IMG/VR virus record: IMGVR_UViG_3300037991_007240 | Span: 1 to 46,509 of that record | DNA from: a virus | Taxonomy: Duplodnaviria > Caudoviricetes | Length of the DNA: 46,509 nt | Reading direction: 5' to 3' (one strand) | Shown here: piece by piece, positions 39,001-45,071 of the stretch | Numbering within the stretch: position 1 is the first letter of the stretch | Layout of the letters: every line of letters starts with the position of its first letter | Position numbers and translations under genes: made by a program | Notes under the pieces: model-generated | Databases searched by the model: none | What the model saw: the letters and a program-made list of their open reading frames with translations, nothing else | What the model was told of the DNA's origin: nothing

Positions 39001-40194
39001 AGTTATTCTGAAAGTACATTTTTTGGTTGGATCATTTATATCACCATCTTCAAAACCATAATACGTCTTATCAGAATAGATATTATCAGTTTTATTAATT
39101 GCAACTCCTATTCCAGTACACCCTAAAAACTGATTAAAAGACTTGTCTTTATATGTTATTATATTATCCCCAGAATAGATTACTCCTGAAGGATCAAAAC
39201 CTGCTGTAGAATCCACAGAAATTACTGAAGAACCTATCGGAACTACATCTAGAGATTTTGTTGTAGGAGTAATTTCAAAAGTGCCTTCAATTGCAGACTT
39301 ATCATCATAACCAACATAAAGATTTAATTTATGATAAAGAACTCCCTTTCTGGTAAATGGTTCAATCTCAGAAATAACCGCTCTAGTTTGACTATCAGTA
39401 TTTTTTATTATAGTCTGTCCAGACAATTTTGATAAATTGCCAGAAATTCCCTGTACAATTACGACTTCTCTTCTTACAAAATTAGCATCAGAAGATTTTA
39501 CAAGATACTCCTCAAGATTAATAGATTTTCCGGATTTTCCAAATAAAACTTTCAATAAAACTTCTATAGAATCATCAGTTCCCTTAGAAGTGTAAAAAGA
39601 ATTTATTTCTTTTATAAAGTTACTAACATCCAACTCTTCAGCAAAAGATCTTCCTTCAAATCCAGGAGCAAAGGAATATTTTGTCTTCTCAAAAAATTCT
39701 TTTAAAAACAAAGAACTTAAATTTTCTACTTTATCTCCACTTGAGTGGGAAGATGCAGATGAAGTTTCAAATATAAGTTCTTCTTGATTAAGTTCTTGGT
39801 GATAATTTGTAATGCCACTAAAACCACGAACGCATCCAGTAAAAGAATTTGTAGTTATTCCAGTATAAGTTATTATTTCATTACCTATCTTTAATAAACC
39901 ATATTCAGTTGGAAACCCTTTTGTACTAGTAACATTAATTGTTTCGGCACCATCTGTAGTAATGCCGACTGTAGTAGAACTATCTACTATAACTTCTGGC
40001 TTCAAATTATCTATTTTAAGATATTCATCCAGATTTTCTGTTAAATCAACTGGACCACTTTGATATTCTTGAGAAATATAATATTGCTTTAAAAAATCCA
40101 CAAATTTTGGATTTTCATCCAAAATAAAAGAAGGTACCTGATTACTGATAATATCTTGAATCTGTACTTTGGATTCAATACTGGTCTTTATCAT
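27070..40194 (-). CDS. g7: Giant baseplate wedge initiator gp7-like protein (4374 aa)
   Basis: Lies between g6 and g8. Has N-terminal QVPSFI..ENPKFVDFLKQYY and FY.SKGT..SI..L, SPIIGWAYDGNPIYG (YHYH-like), DNDYYQ.LSYSIRS...W..LVH.SG, and many beta-repeat modules. Confidence 0.85.
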   Translation of the reverse strand: MIKTSIESKVQIQDIISNQVPSFILDENPKFVDFLKQYYISQEYQSGPVDLTENLDEYLKIDNLKPEVIVDSSTTVGITTDGAETINVTSTKGFPTEYGLLKIGNEIITYTGITTNSFTGCVRGFSGITNYHQELNQEELIFETSSASSHSSGDKVENLSSLFLKEFFEKTKYSFAPGFEGRSFAEELDVSNFIKEINSFYTSKGTDDSIEVLLKVLFGKSGKSINLEEYLVKSSDANFVRREVVIVQGISGNLSKLSGQTIIKNTDSQTRAVISEIEPFTRKGVLYHKLNLYVGYDDKSAIEGTFEITPTTKSLDVVPIGSSVISVDSTAGFDPSGVIYSGDNIITYKDKSFNQFLGCTGIGVAINKTDNIYSDKTYYGFEDGDINDPTKKCTFRITGVISDIFAIDNNKVSVSENQIIGIKYLGDLIKNPVEKTYKQIFANSWIYNTSVSVDIESFSDTLRLKTNIDKSHFKIGDRIEIINKETNQVVYPDPNSESDIPFIVSIPSDDDGLYRRLQLENFDFSPTPGALYSIRRRVNKAFSKSVPIQYGNGQIISDIQNLYIEKGEDDYAYVASNGLPSSEFSQSEIYEFENGSKPPRVIDIDQEIYRYEITPNTVSPLQDVDVETEASSGIQEFTTINFGEEIKFISGDRVHYEPSEGSETLVGITTGSYYVSVLPGNKKIKLYTSRSHIASNLPSVKFRAPNSGIGTHNFTLYDHKSNLIRPKKLFKKFNLNPNLKSGQSEETSPGPTGMLINGVEINNYKTEEKVYFGPLTSISVLNGGSNYDVINLPQLTVPSSNGGTDAKVQPVVSGNITDIIIDSETSNFDIKEIVSINVSGGNGTGGKFDPVLVKKSIELLFDARPVSDGGGISTTTPQLSFIKDHNLFDGQKIIYRNETQYTNVGIDQSGNGQNDSNLVNEGEYYVKVDNNTTVKLYESLSDFAAQINPVSFGKTDVYGGIQKFVVGEAANILSEIRILESGSFTNRKLIVSPSGINTSNNTINFKNHNFENGDLIEYRFDTTSIGISTQVGLSTSVNYYVLKEDENSFRICDAGIGGTITDNFEKRKYVKFISSGSGYQYFKYPDITASVNFVSVGNTSYNLSITPVIKGNIIDAYLYEPGTNYGSEVINFEKTPEIKVKEGQKAQIAPVIASGILIDTNIQFSGFDYFSPPDLTLFDPTGSGSGAKLKSVTENGSIVKVIIQNSGRGYSNNSRIEITNSGSGSIFDSTIRSLSINNINKIEKNQYQVFSVSDNQDFLDYGISGYYSKLRESFEDYGTLNSPIIGWAYDGNPIYGSFGQSDPNVVASFTKRIESGYELTVDNIPNRPSTSSFPLGFFVDDYKFTGNGDLDRNNGRFVRTNEFPNGIYAYYATIEENTNKPKFPYFIGNSYRTNTLEENRRLNQDFDLNSSDLLRNTFPYKISELNADYDFVIETNEISKQRTKIESVQSGSVDSISIINSGQNYQVDDKIIFDNSGTNGGGIDAKVSLIEGKNITNITQNILSYSQSIVTWESGDKIRIHTGIGHTLNSGDYVSISGISSIIPSPPILKLDESYYKVTVDSPVVLRLEDEITDTSVGIVTLASVSNLTDQLKIANDVTIGSDTFTVLNTYPNINKVKLRRVTGNTNFSVGSLITPKNYSFTIDEDFEFFDSRKNISYYFVPQESVGLGTTAGDSYATTFDFGDNTVTRSIPMGSLYLENHKFKVNDKLVADIGSSSVITIFDPSINSNINFNTGAEFYVKNATPNTIGLSTTLEGPLVFFDSLGSLDEYYILETQYTQEKADIDKITATVSVSTSHGLTNGDIVKLLVEPNLNVGIGTTTSVSVVRNNDLTIGINTVDSKAKYIPGSSGVLQTDPWVFTTSPQKHNFKNGDKVIYSHANGEILKYGSELFDISAWNLLATQKNPEMQDVAFYVRVINETDFTVSETYDDVFKPSVTGSTTLSITNVVSGTSILTNFGHIWTLVNPQIEVTKGNNLVFDLTDTSLSGNVFKIYYDKEFNNEFISVGGTSTFNISGIGTVGVSTDAKLTINYSNNFPQKLYYNIESSSGSGINTSDTTVNHYNQISYIDSVYTGSHTVSGIGSTTGVSFNITLREESERDSYTKTECRKLEYDTSSTTAYGSVKEIDVVTRGENYKKLPSISSIDTELGRAFEGISVSETIGKINQVEIINDGFEYSSDKTLIPRAFVSPSVVLKNSNTLASIDVIDGGKNYVTPPTPVLVDFDTREAVPGGLLKLNISGESINSIDIDVTPQGIAADNELFVEDNSNGISILKVESDNTGTFICVLNTPVVGFDPESQLQIGDEVYIEGIQKFSSFGDGFNSSDLGYRFFRVSGYDNTQSEDRVSIDVSEYTSNTGIAKTIQDSSGTIVSRKNYPKFNVTSQPSVFTVGEDLLVNNVEVDLKVESHTNETDLKVVGTYDLSINDKLTGKISGNIANIASIEKTDAKYIVDYSLKKNFGWRSTTGRLNEDYQVLPDNDYYQTLSYSIRSPLTWEEVKSPINSLVHISGMKNFSDTEIVSNTDSISGVSTINTGVDIFIDLISNERVDKINNFDSSRDIDVVSDKSKFLEFENSVFIPYTKAKTNVVLKIDDISPEFSQFESEPLPYRDIFEIEQKRDYRNYTFKLTNGDNTQVQLTKLSIISDPVGQSFIQEHESLANVGIGTSHIKGELYGNFELVTTEFEETYLRFIPKDPFNVEYDVKYLEKRFGDSTVGIATTNIGCIDLISSVTGITTGVGTRTFIDLDISEHKSVVTDIHLNTLTTNKQNFVRLYVTSDGSDSNIASYFYDSSTLNRSQEPIGIFTSIVESGRLKINYTNTEDIETVILRSRSVAFDNSSTVEDVYRFSLPNQPAGNERSVIYQSDFVTGGGNASEIDIVTLNKNIFDAVSSIIEIQVTGSSEEFNGSVVHEVSFVHDTINTYVQEGPALYATEDSSGIGTSIGIGTFGAEFDGSDNFIIKFYPFTNSGTINIRALSECFYTDVDNLNIAPDLQYGSLIESVKTFAYFALEGERINKTNFVLRSEKNPIFAKTFDPKDSSILDVDTGVFTIPNHYFSNDEELIYTPRSSFIGVGSTALEIAGGGGDLPETVFAVVEDFEFDTFRLKASINGPVITGFSSTGEGNIHQLAMKKSLSKAVISLDGMIQSPVAFTNINWQLQDNVGGLISTEATTFALSGIQTVNVSDILKIDNEFMRVRSVGLGTTSLGPVTGFGTTEIVVVERGVLGTISTSHTDSTNVGVYKGSYNIVGDEVHFIDAPKGNAAISRQENNLVFQTSDFSGRAFLRKNYSDNKIYDNVSNEFNGIGRTFTLSIEGTSEIGIGTTGGSGIVLINGIYQTPSAPNNPDNNFEIIEDQVAGISSVKFTGYKDAGGQVGFSKTDVNSNQIPRGGIIVSLGSSGGLGYAPLQGAQIDLITDHHVPATWLSGTNNSSIDLVVGKFISAVSAEGTLTNANNTITGINTSGIAVGMEVQNSDNIAYGQKVQSVGINNVVLDNNLTVSGTITINFGYRRPLGGSGYFNNPTVTIVEDCLAIPGVGQTAVITATVGAGGTAIFNIDTPGSGHADYPQASVSEPSYSNLEVRGISRIGYGETTDTGVGLLMDIEVGAASTVGIGSTTGEVKGFNISRPGYAFRKGDKFTPVGLVTAAGLSSPIEQIEFEVVETFDDTFSAWQFGNLDFIDSIKPYQDGSRTRFPLFYEGELFSVQVAEESRMNVENALIIFINGVLQNPGENYFFSGGASFTLSEPAKIDDQIAVFFYRGTQGVDDEQIGSVVPTVERGDYVQINDYFDYKGQNQRRIFDYKESDVLETSPYAGVGLYPSDSTFRPISWTKQKRDLILGGDYVYKTRRSLLSQVYPTTNIIRDVKATDTVLYVENTDMFKFEIDNKSASTLDDVSLLVVDDANEFVPAEISVTRVNNNDGLNLTILNQTDTRGYPPSTTFSALVPEPFTTSRTGWPGTVPGQEGQPISESEKYRSLPPQSSSNTAVISITTDSIGRITNTNVVAGSGYSGYQNTPQVSIPLPPNVHEITPTTTVIHGFSGIVTAINASDTSDTTGRIVRFNDNHPQSHFSDITVTNVNTSGSDSFNVTDAGSSGTVKAQFRFKTFDGSLTEIEMINPGTGYNAGEFVELSDSKISNPSTIRFYIEDTLDDSTSHSGGTNPRVRAIEFKLQEDYLDQQKNAINGSDFNNSNIANGQLSQGDYVSISHTQLDTEYNSKNYQYATLEVYDPGTERGVTSKMTTETVITDEYGETQSSYTASDYKRSSLPALSFPANNIDGIYKVESIDVDARTGIITSYAFIEGGQPVISAKLPLHVDQSGTLENGTFSWGKISLNSGVTTSYTVSGNTAGIGLTEYPSVQRKSGGLRDTGALFAGPGVALTSN

Positions 40195-40195
40195 A

Positions 40196-42130
40196 TTACT
40201 CTCTAATTAGTGTTCCGTTTGAATAACTCGAAGTGTAAGAATTTCTGATAAATGTTGATCCAGAAATTTCTTCGCCAGAAGATATAACATCCTTTACCAT
40301 ATTTATTTTACTTTTTGAGAGATCAAAATTGATGTACAAATCCCTCAATCCAACAATATCATTCGATTCTGGAATTGCCTCAATCTCTATAATATTATTT
40401 TCTTTTACGGTAGATGTAATATTTACAGTTGTAAGGTTAATTTCTCCCTTTTCATAATCAATTGTTCCTGCAGATTTTGCAACTACCCTCACCTCTCCCG
40501 TGGACAATATTTTAATGATAGACAATATTCCACTTCTCTTATCAGAATTGGGTACATCTGTGAGATAAACTGTAGATGTTTCTCCAGAAATATTAAATCC
40601 GGAAGATTTGATATTATATCCTTCCGGTTTCACATGAAATTTATTCCCAAAACACAATTCATATTGTGCTGATTGATTTAAGAAAGCAATAAGATTCCTT
40701 CTTATCTTTACCTTAGTTATATTTGATGTTATAGCATTACTAGTATTATCAATAATACCTAACACTTTACTATACTTGAATCTCCCGCCAAATTTATTCA
40801 AATCCAAACTATTTGCATAGTTTGTCAGTGTGGATAGTATTTTTGTTTTAAGAGAACTTGCCGTAGTTGTTTTTGTATCGTCATAATATACTGCCGAATC
40901 GGTCTCAACAAAAAGAACTTTAAGGTCAACTATTTTTTGATTGATACCTGAAATAGAATATTTTTTTAGATCCGTCAATATTCTTGTCTTATCAAAATCA
41001 GAAACAAAGAAACCATTTTTTGGTTTTATTGAGATCTGAACATTGCCATATTGTGGTGGATCCATTTCTTCTCCACCAACAACAGAAACAGATTCTGTAT
41101 TTGGATATATTTTTTTAATTAGATTTTCATAATCATTAGAAGTTACTGCTCTATTTTGAGAAGAATATAATCTTGGAGCATAATTTTTAATCGATTCTAT
41201 TGTTTCAATATCTCCGCCATTACTAGATGGTAATCCCTCCAATCCTGAGACACTACTAATTGATACAATAATATCTTCATTTGCTTGCGTAGATGGGGCT
41301 TTGATAGTTCCTGCAAAAGAAAAGTCTCTAGCACCGTTACCATCCTTACCATCTGTTACAATATAGTTTGCAGTTATTACTGCATTATTACCAACTTTCT
41401 TACCTATCAATCCATCTCCAAATAATACCTCATATTTTTCATCTTGAACTTCTTGTAGTAAGTAAATGGTAGAGTTTGCACTTGTACTAACAATATTGTC
41501 AATTGGGAAATGTTCTGTTCCTAAAGATCCTTCTACAAAACCATCTCCAACTTCATTTACATATACTTTAAGTAGAGAAGTATCAATAGAAGAATTACTT
41601 AAAATAAATCTCTGTCTAATTGAAGTATCTACCTTGAATCTCTGAGTTAAATACAATCCTTGATATATTTTTAAGTTCTCAAAGGTTGCTGATCTGCCGC
41701 CGCCTGAAATGGGGCTAGTATGTACTGTAACGTCTTCTGGGATTGAGAATACGTATGAGGTATCATTCCTATTACCAACACAAACAAGACCCCTCTGGAG
41801 GGTCATAGACCCCGCTGTGGAATCTTTTGATTCTACGGTAAATGTTACTGTAGTACTAGATGCTGTTCTAGATCTAGGAACGTATCCAATATTTCTTGCT
41901 AACGATACTACATTTTCTCGAAGAGTTGCTGAATCTAAAAAAGATTCATTTACTATCATGTTCGAGTTAAATGCATTAATATAAGTATTATATGCTAACG
42001 TATCTATTAAGACAGAAAAATTAGACCCTTCAAAATCAAAATCTGAAAACTCAGAATTTGATCTCAAATAGTCTTTTATAGATGTCTTTATCTGGTCGAA
42101 ATCCAGATTCGTGAATTTTGTAAAAGGCAT
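40196..42130 (-). CDS. g6: Baseplate wedge subunit gp6
   Basis: LDFDQIK..IK.YL, DFDFEGSN.SVLID.LAYNT, ESFLDSATLRENVVSLAR.IGY.P and QNRAVT..DY. Confidence 0.96.
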   Translation of the reverse strand: MPFTKFTNLDFDQIKTSIKDYLRSNSEFSDFDFEGSNFSVLIDTLAYNTYINAFNSNMIVNESFLDSATLRENVVSLARNIGYVPRSRTASSTTVTFTVESKDSTAGSMTLQRGLVCVGNRNDTSYVFSIPEDVTVHTSPISGGGRSATFENLKIYQGLYLTQRFKVDTSIRQRFILSNSSIDTSLLKVYVNEVGDGFVEGSLGTEHFPIDNIVSTSANSTIYLLQEVQDEKYEVLFGDGLIGKKVGNNAVITANYIVTDGKDGNGARDFSFAGTIKAPSTQANEDIIVSISSVSGLEGLPSSNGGDIETIESIKNYAPRLYSSQNRAVTSNDYENLIKKIYPNTESVSVVGGEEMDPPQYGNVQISIKPKNGFFVSDFDKTRILTDLKKYSISGINQKIVDLKVLFVETDSAVYYDDTKTTTASSLKTKILSTLTNYANSLDLNKFGGRFKYSKVLGIIDNTSNAITSNITKVKIRRNLIAFLNQSAQYELCFGNKFHVKPEGYNIKSSGFNISGETSTVYLTDVPNSDKRSGILSIIKILSTGEVRVVAKSAGTIDYEKGEINLTTVNITSTVKENNIIEIEAIPESNDIVGLRDLYINFDLSKSKINMVKDVISSGEEISGSTFIRNSYTSSYSNGTLIRE

Positions 42131-42131
42131 A

Positions 42132-42533
42132 TTATCTTGTTGCCTCTAATAGGAATGAATATTCTTGTGTCGGAAACTCTTGACCAACGATATCAAAGAT
42201 AACAGTAACATCAAATGAATTTTGATCTGGATATGGTCTAACTTCTACTTGAAGATTATCGACTCTTGGTTCAAAATTATTAATAGATGTTCTTATTTGA
42301 TCATTTATTACTGATGCTGTACCATAATCGACGAAATCAAACAGACTTCCTCCAACATCAGAACCAAAAGAAGAGTTAAAAAACCTTTCAGTAGGTATTG
42401 TCATGACAATATTTCGCACAGACCTGCGAATCGCTGCTTCATTCTTAAGAACTTGCAGGTCTTTTGTTATAGGATGTGGTTCAAATGATAAACTAATATC
42501 CTTAAAGGACCTAGATATCCTTCGAATTGCCAT
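42132..42533 (-). CDS. g25: Baseplate wedge subunit gp25
   Basis: FKDISLSF..HP, AIRRSVRNIV.T...ERFF...FGS and I.NFEPRV. Confidence 0.95.
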   Translation of the reverse strand: MAIRRISRSFKDISLSFEPHPITKDLQVLKNEAAIRRSVRNIVMTIPTERFFNSSFGSDVGGSLFDFVDYGTASVINDQIRTSINNFEPRVDNLQVEVRPYPDQNSFDVTVIFDIVGQEFPTQEYSFLLEATR

Positions 42534-42555
42534 TTTAACTAGAGTTTTCTGAATT

Positions 42556-42563
42556 TATTTATA
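42556..42563 (-). promoter_or_regulatory. Late promoter TATAAATA for g25-g6-g7
   Basis: TATAAATAAAT 22 nt upstream of the g25 ATG. Confidence 0.85.
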
Positions 42564-42576
42564 CCCAATTCCAGAA

Positions 42577-42816
42577 TCAACCATAGATTGGTTCTGTCCC
42601 ATACTCCCAATCATCATAATCCTCATCATTGCGAATTTTTTCGTGCAATTCTGACTGTTTTTTGAAGTCATGACGAGGTGCAGTATCGTGCATTACCTCA
42701 CTAATCACTTTTTTATTCGATTTTTCGAGTTTTGCGTTGTAATCAGTGACTAAGGATTCGGTTCCCCACATTTCTCTCATATAATTTACGTTTCTGTCCA
42801 CAGGTGAGTTTGCCAT
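42577..42816 (-). CDS. Hypothetical protein, 79 aa
   Basis: GGAG RBS 5 nt upstream and an upstream AATAAATA. Contains MWGT..LVTDY and DEDYDDWEYGTEP motifs. Confidence 0.78.
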   Translation of the reverse strand: MANSPVDRNVNYMREMWGTESLVTDYNAKLEKSNKKVISEVMHDTAPRHDFKKQSELHEKIRNDEDYDDWEYGTEPIYG

Positions 42817-42820
42817 TTTT

Positions 42821-42878
42821 GCTCCGACTGGTGAAATCAGAACTTTTTGAGGGGTTGCTATCCCTTTTTCTATTTATT
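42821..42878 (-). promoter_or_regulatory. Late promoter AATAAATA followed by a structured 5' leader that sequesters the RBS
   Basis: AATAAATA at 42871-42878. Stem GTTCTGATT-TCACC-AGTCGGAGC (42843-42821) pairs the GGAG. Confidence 0.55.
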
Positions 42879-43547
42879 TTCACCCTCTTCAGACATTTCT
42901 TCGCGTTCTTTTGCTGTTTTCCAGAAATATTCGTCTTCACGACCCATTCCAAGTCGTTCATTTCCATTTTCAACCTGATAATATTGCGTTGAAACCTTAA
43001 AATCTGGCATTTTGGGGTTAACTGGAGTCAAACTATTATCAAAGATACGCAATCTGTTGTTTGGATAGAGTGCATACTGTCCATTTTCAAGTTCGATCAG
43101 GTTATGTGACTTATGTTCGGCAGGATTTTCACTTGTGGCATAGTCAACATAGTCTGGATCATGGTGATAATTGTCAATTGTGCATACATAAGTCCCTTTT
43201 ACGATGCCGTGATCTCTTGTATAGCACTCAAAGTCCATCGAACCGATAAATTTTTTGTCCACCGAGACGACTCCGTAGTCCATGCAATTCCAAAACTGGA
43301 GGTTTGGTAGGCTCATGTCAGGAGAAGGGGTCTCAGGGTCCGAGACAAAGGCGCTGATGGGCAATTTGTCGTACATCGCAGCGTATTCTGGCAAATAAGT
43401 CTCAAAATAAAAAGCGCGTCCGGGAATCGACTTGACCGAAACCCAAACGCCCTTTACAAATTCACCATGACCACTTTGATGATCTGTTAGATATTCTTTA
43501 CGGACCCATACTTCCATCGAAGGAAGATTAGCAATCAAACATGCCAT
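42870..43547 (-). CDS. Conserved hypothetical phage protein, 225 aa
   Basis: Clean ORF with LIANLP, WVRKEYL.D, KSIPGRAFYF, LPISAF, QFWNC, EHKSHN and ALYPNNR motifs. Function unknown. Confidence 0.85.
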   Translation of the reverse strand: MACLIANLPSMEVWVRKEYLTDHQSGHGEFVKGVWVSVKSIPGRAFYFETYLPEYAAMYDKLPISAFVSDPETPSPDMSLPNLQFWNCMDYGVVSVDKKFIGSMDFECYTRDHGIVKGTYVCTIDNYHHDPDYVDYATSENPAEHKSHNLIELENGQYALYPNNRLRIFDNSLTPVNPKMPDFKVSTQYYQVENGNERLGMGREDEYFWKTAKEREEMSEEGENK

Positions 43548-43576
43548 GGTTAACTTTACATTACTAAATGTATGTA

Positions 43577-43720
43577 TTAACGACCTTGACCACGATACCG
43601 CTTACGAGCCGAGTTACGCGAGGTAGCGGCGTATTTGGTATTCTTTCCACTCCCTTGACGAGACTTTTTGGGTTTCGCGGGCATAAAGTTACTGCCGCCG
43701 ATTTTTGAGCGCATTGCCAT
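43577..43720 (-). CDS. Very basic 47-aa peptide (MAMRSKIGGSNFMPAKPKKSRQGSGKNTKYAATSRNSARKRYRGQGR)
   Basis: Manual translation. Fills the gap between neighbours exactly and contains no acidic residue. Confidence 0.75.
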   Translation of the reverse strand: MAMRSKIGGSNFMPAKPKKSRQGSGKNTKYAATSRNSARKRYRGQGR

Positions 43721-43726
43721 AATTAA

Positions 43727-43894
43727 TTAACCGTAGTAGTTGTTCATTTTAGTCTCAAGATCTTGAGGTCTTGGAGAACCTTTCTGATAAAACTCTATCG
43801 AAAGGTCCTCCATAATATCAAAGTATTCCTCTTGAGTCAAGTTCTTATACATTATATCTCCTTTATGGAGAATTGTATATCTTGTCTGATTCAT
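43727..43894 (-). CDS. Small hypothetical protein, 55 aa (MNQTRYTILHKGDIMYKNLTQEEYFDIMEDLSIEFYQKGSPRPQDLETKMNNYYG)
   Basis: Manual translation. The ATG overlaps the glycosyltransferase stop (TGATG). Confidence 0.72.
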   Translation of the reverse strand: MNQTRYTILHKGDIMYKNLTQEEYFDIMEDLSIEFYQKGSPRPQDLETKMNNYYG

Positions 43895-44655
43895 CAGATA
43901 ACCCGAGTCTTTTCGTGTCCGACGCGAATGCGAGGATCACACCAAATCTCAAAACCTGCTTCGATTGCATCGAGACAGAATGATACATCTTCTCCACACA
44001 TATCCTGTACTGCTCCAGAATCAAAGACTTGCATCTTCGGTGCAAACCAAGGATACTTCATCTCATCGTGCTCGAAGACTCCATTCTTAATCAGCAACCA
44101 TCCGAATCCTGCATAGTCTACAGTAAATGGCTTCTTACGCTTTGAAATTGATTCCAGAGTTTCATGATTCATGACTCCACCATTATTCTTGAAGTCATCT
44201 TCTTCTAACCAGTGTGCAACAGAACTCGTTCGCCCGTCTTCCGTACAATACCAACCACTTGCAATATCTTTATCCATCAAAACCAATTGCCAGAACTTCT
44301 CAGTATTGAAAACAATATCAGAGTCAATCCACAATTGATAATCATATTTCAATTTTCCATCCCAGGGAATCTGATCCGGTCCTCGCAGCACATTCGCTCC
44401 AAGACACTTGCACCTTGCAAAGTTAACCATGGAAGAATAGTCCTGCGAGATCTGGATGCTCGCTCCTGCTTGTACAAGGTCAAAACAAAGTTGTACAAAG
44501 TTTTTCAGGTAGGTATATGAAACTCCTCTACCGGGAAGACAGAATACAATTGTTTTCCCCTTGACCATTTCTTTTGCCTTGTCAAAATCCCACTCAGCAT
44601 TCTTTTTTTCTGTGGGACCAGGCGCTTTTGCTTTTACAGTAAATCCTTTAGCCAT
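43894..44655 (-). CDS. Putative GT-A fold (GT2-like) glycosyltransferase, 253 aa
   Basis: IVFCLPG strand, VNFARC, YDYQLWIDSDIVF (DxD motif), AGFGWLLIK, YPWF, GEDVSFC and IRVGHEK. Confidence 0.8.
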   Translation of the reverse strand: MAKGFTVKAKAPGPTEKKNAEWDFDKAKEMVKGKTIVFCLPGRGVSYTYLKNFVQLCFDLVQAGASIQISQDYSSMVNFARCKCLGANVLRGPDQIPWDGKLKYDYQLWIDSDIVFNTEKFWQLVLMDKDIASGWYCTEDGRTSSVAHWLEEDDFKNNGGVMNHETLESISKRKKPFTVDYAGFGWLLIKNGVFEHDEMKYPWFAPKMQVFDSGAVQDMCGEDVSFCLDAIEAGFEIWCDPRIRVGHEKTRVI

Positions 44656-44677
44656 AATCGAATGAAGTTACTTCAGT

Positions 44678-44706
44678 ATCATACAGTATTATCTAGGTAT
44701 CGTCAA
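44678..44706 (-). promoter_or_regulatory. Sigma70-type promoter for the glycosyltransferase cluster
   Basis: TTGACG (44706-44701), 17-nt spacer, TATGAT (44683-44678). The -10 box is 22 nt upstream of the ATG. Confidence 0.8.
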
Positions 44707-44713
44707 GGTGTCT

Positions 44714-44905
44714 TTATTCAATATCTCTGATAATAATACAGTCATTTTCAACTTCAATATTAATCTCGACGCCCTCATACCATCCCTTCTCGTCACATAT
44801 CCATTCTGGAATAACGACATAGTGTTCTCCGTTAACTGGATCGATCTCTACAGTCGTAAAATTTTCTGCGGGATTTTTTTGCATATCTTTGAACCCTATC
44901 GTCAT
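44714..44905 (-). CDS. AbrB/MazE-like swapped-hairpin DNA-binding protein (start may be Met at 44884)
   Basis: GEHYVVIPEWICDEKGWYEGVEINIEVENDCIIIR fits the AbrB pattern (v.IP..i...lgw..G..v.i.v....iii). Confidence 0.65.
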   Translation of the reverse strand: MTIGFKDMQKNPAENFTTVEIDPVNGEHYVVIPEWICDEKGWYEGVEINIEVENDCIIIRDIE

Positions 44906-45070
44906 TTTTTATATATGAAAAATTTTTTTTACGAGAGTGAAATAGAGATCGCGTTTTGGGTCGTTTATAGCTTAGGGAAGTTAGGCGTTTTTATATACGG
45001 GGGGCGGGGCACGGCGGCGGCACCGTAGGGGGGCATAATACCCCCCGACTGCTGTCAACGAACGAATGCT
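44906..45070. other. Non-coding junction with GC-rich hairpins and AT-rich tracts
   Basis: G6-N7-C6 inverted repeat at 45028-45046, a second stem at 45011-45026, G-runs at 44999-45009, and TATATAAAAA twice on the minus strand. Confidence 0.6.
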
Positions 45071-45071
45071 A

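Noticed and set aside
17985-40194. Diversity-generating retroelement or invertible tail-fibre cassette in the giant tail genes
   Set aside because: No reverse transcriptase or recombinase gene in the window, and I noticed no near-identical TR/VR or inverted repeat pair by eye. A self dot-plot would be needed to exclude it fully.
44714-44905. Toxin-antitoxin pair built on the AbrB/MazE-like ORF
   Set aside because: No adjacent MazF/VapC-like toxin. The downstream gene is a glycosyltransferase with its own promoter.
44708-45028. 106-aa plus-strand ORF across the non-coding junction
   Set aside because: GTG start without an RBS, overlaps the AbrB-like gene in antisense, and has an implausible composition.
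45035-45058. TTGACA ... TATTAT on the minus strand as a sigma70 promoter
   Set aside because: The spacer is only 12 nt, and the putative -10 box lies in a hairpin loop.
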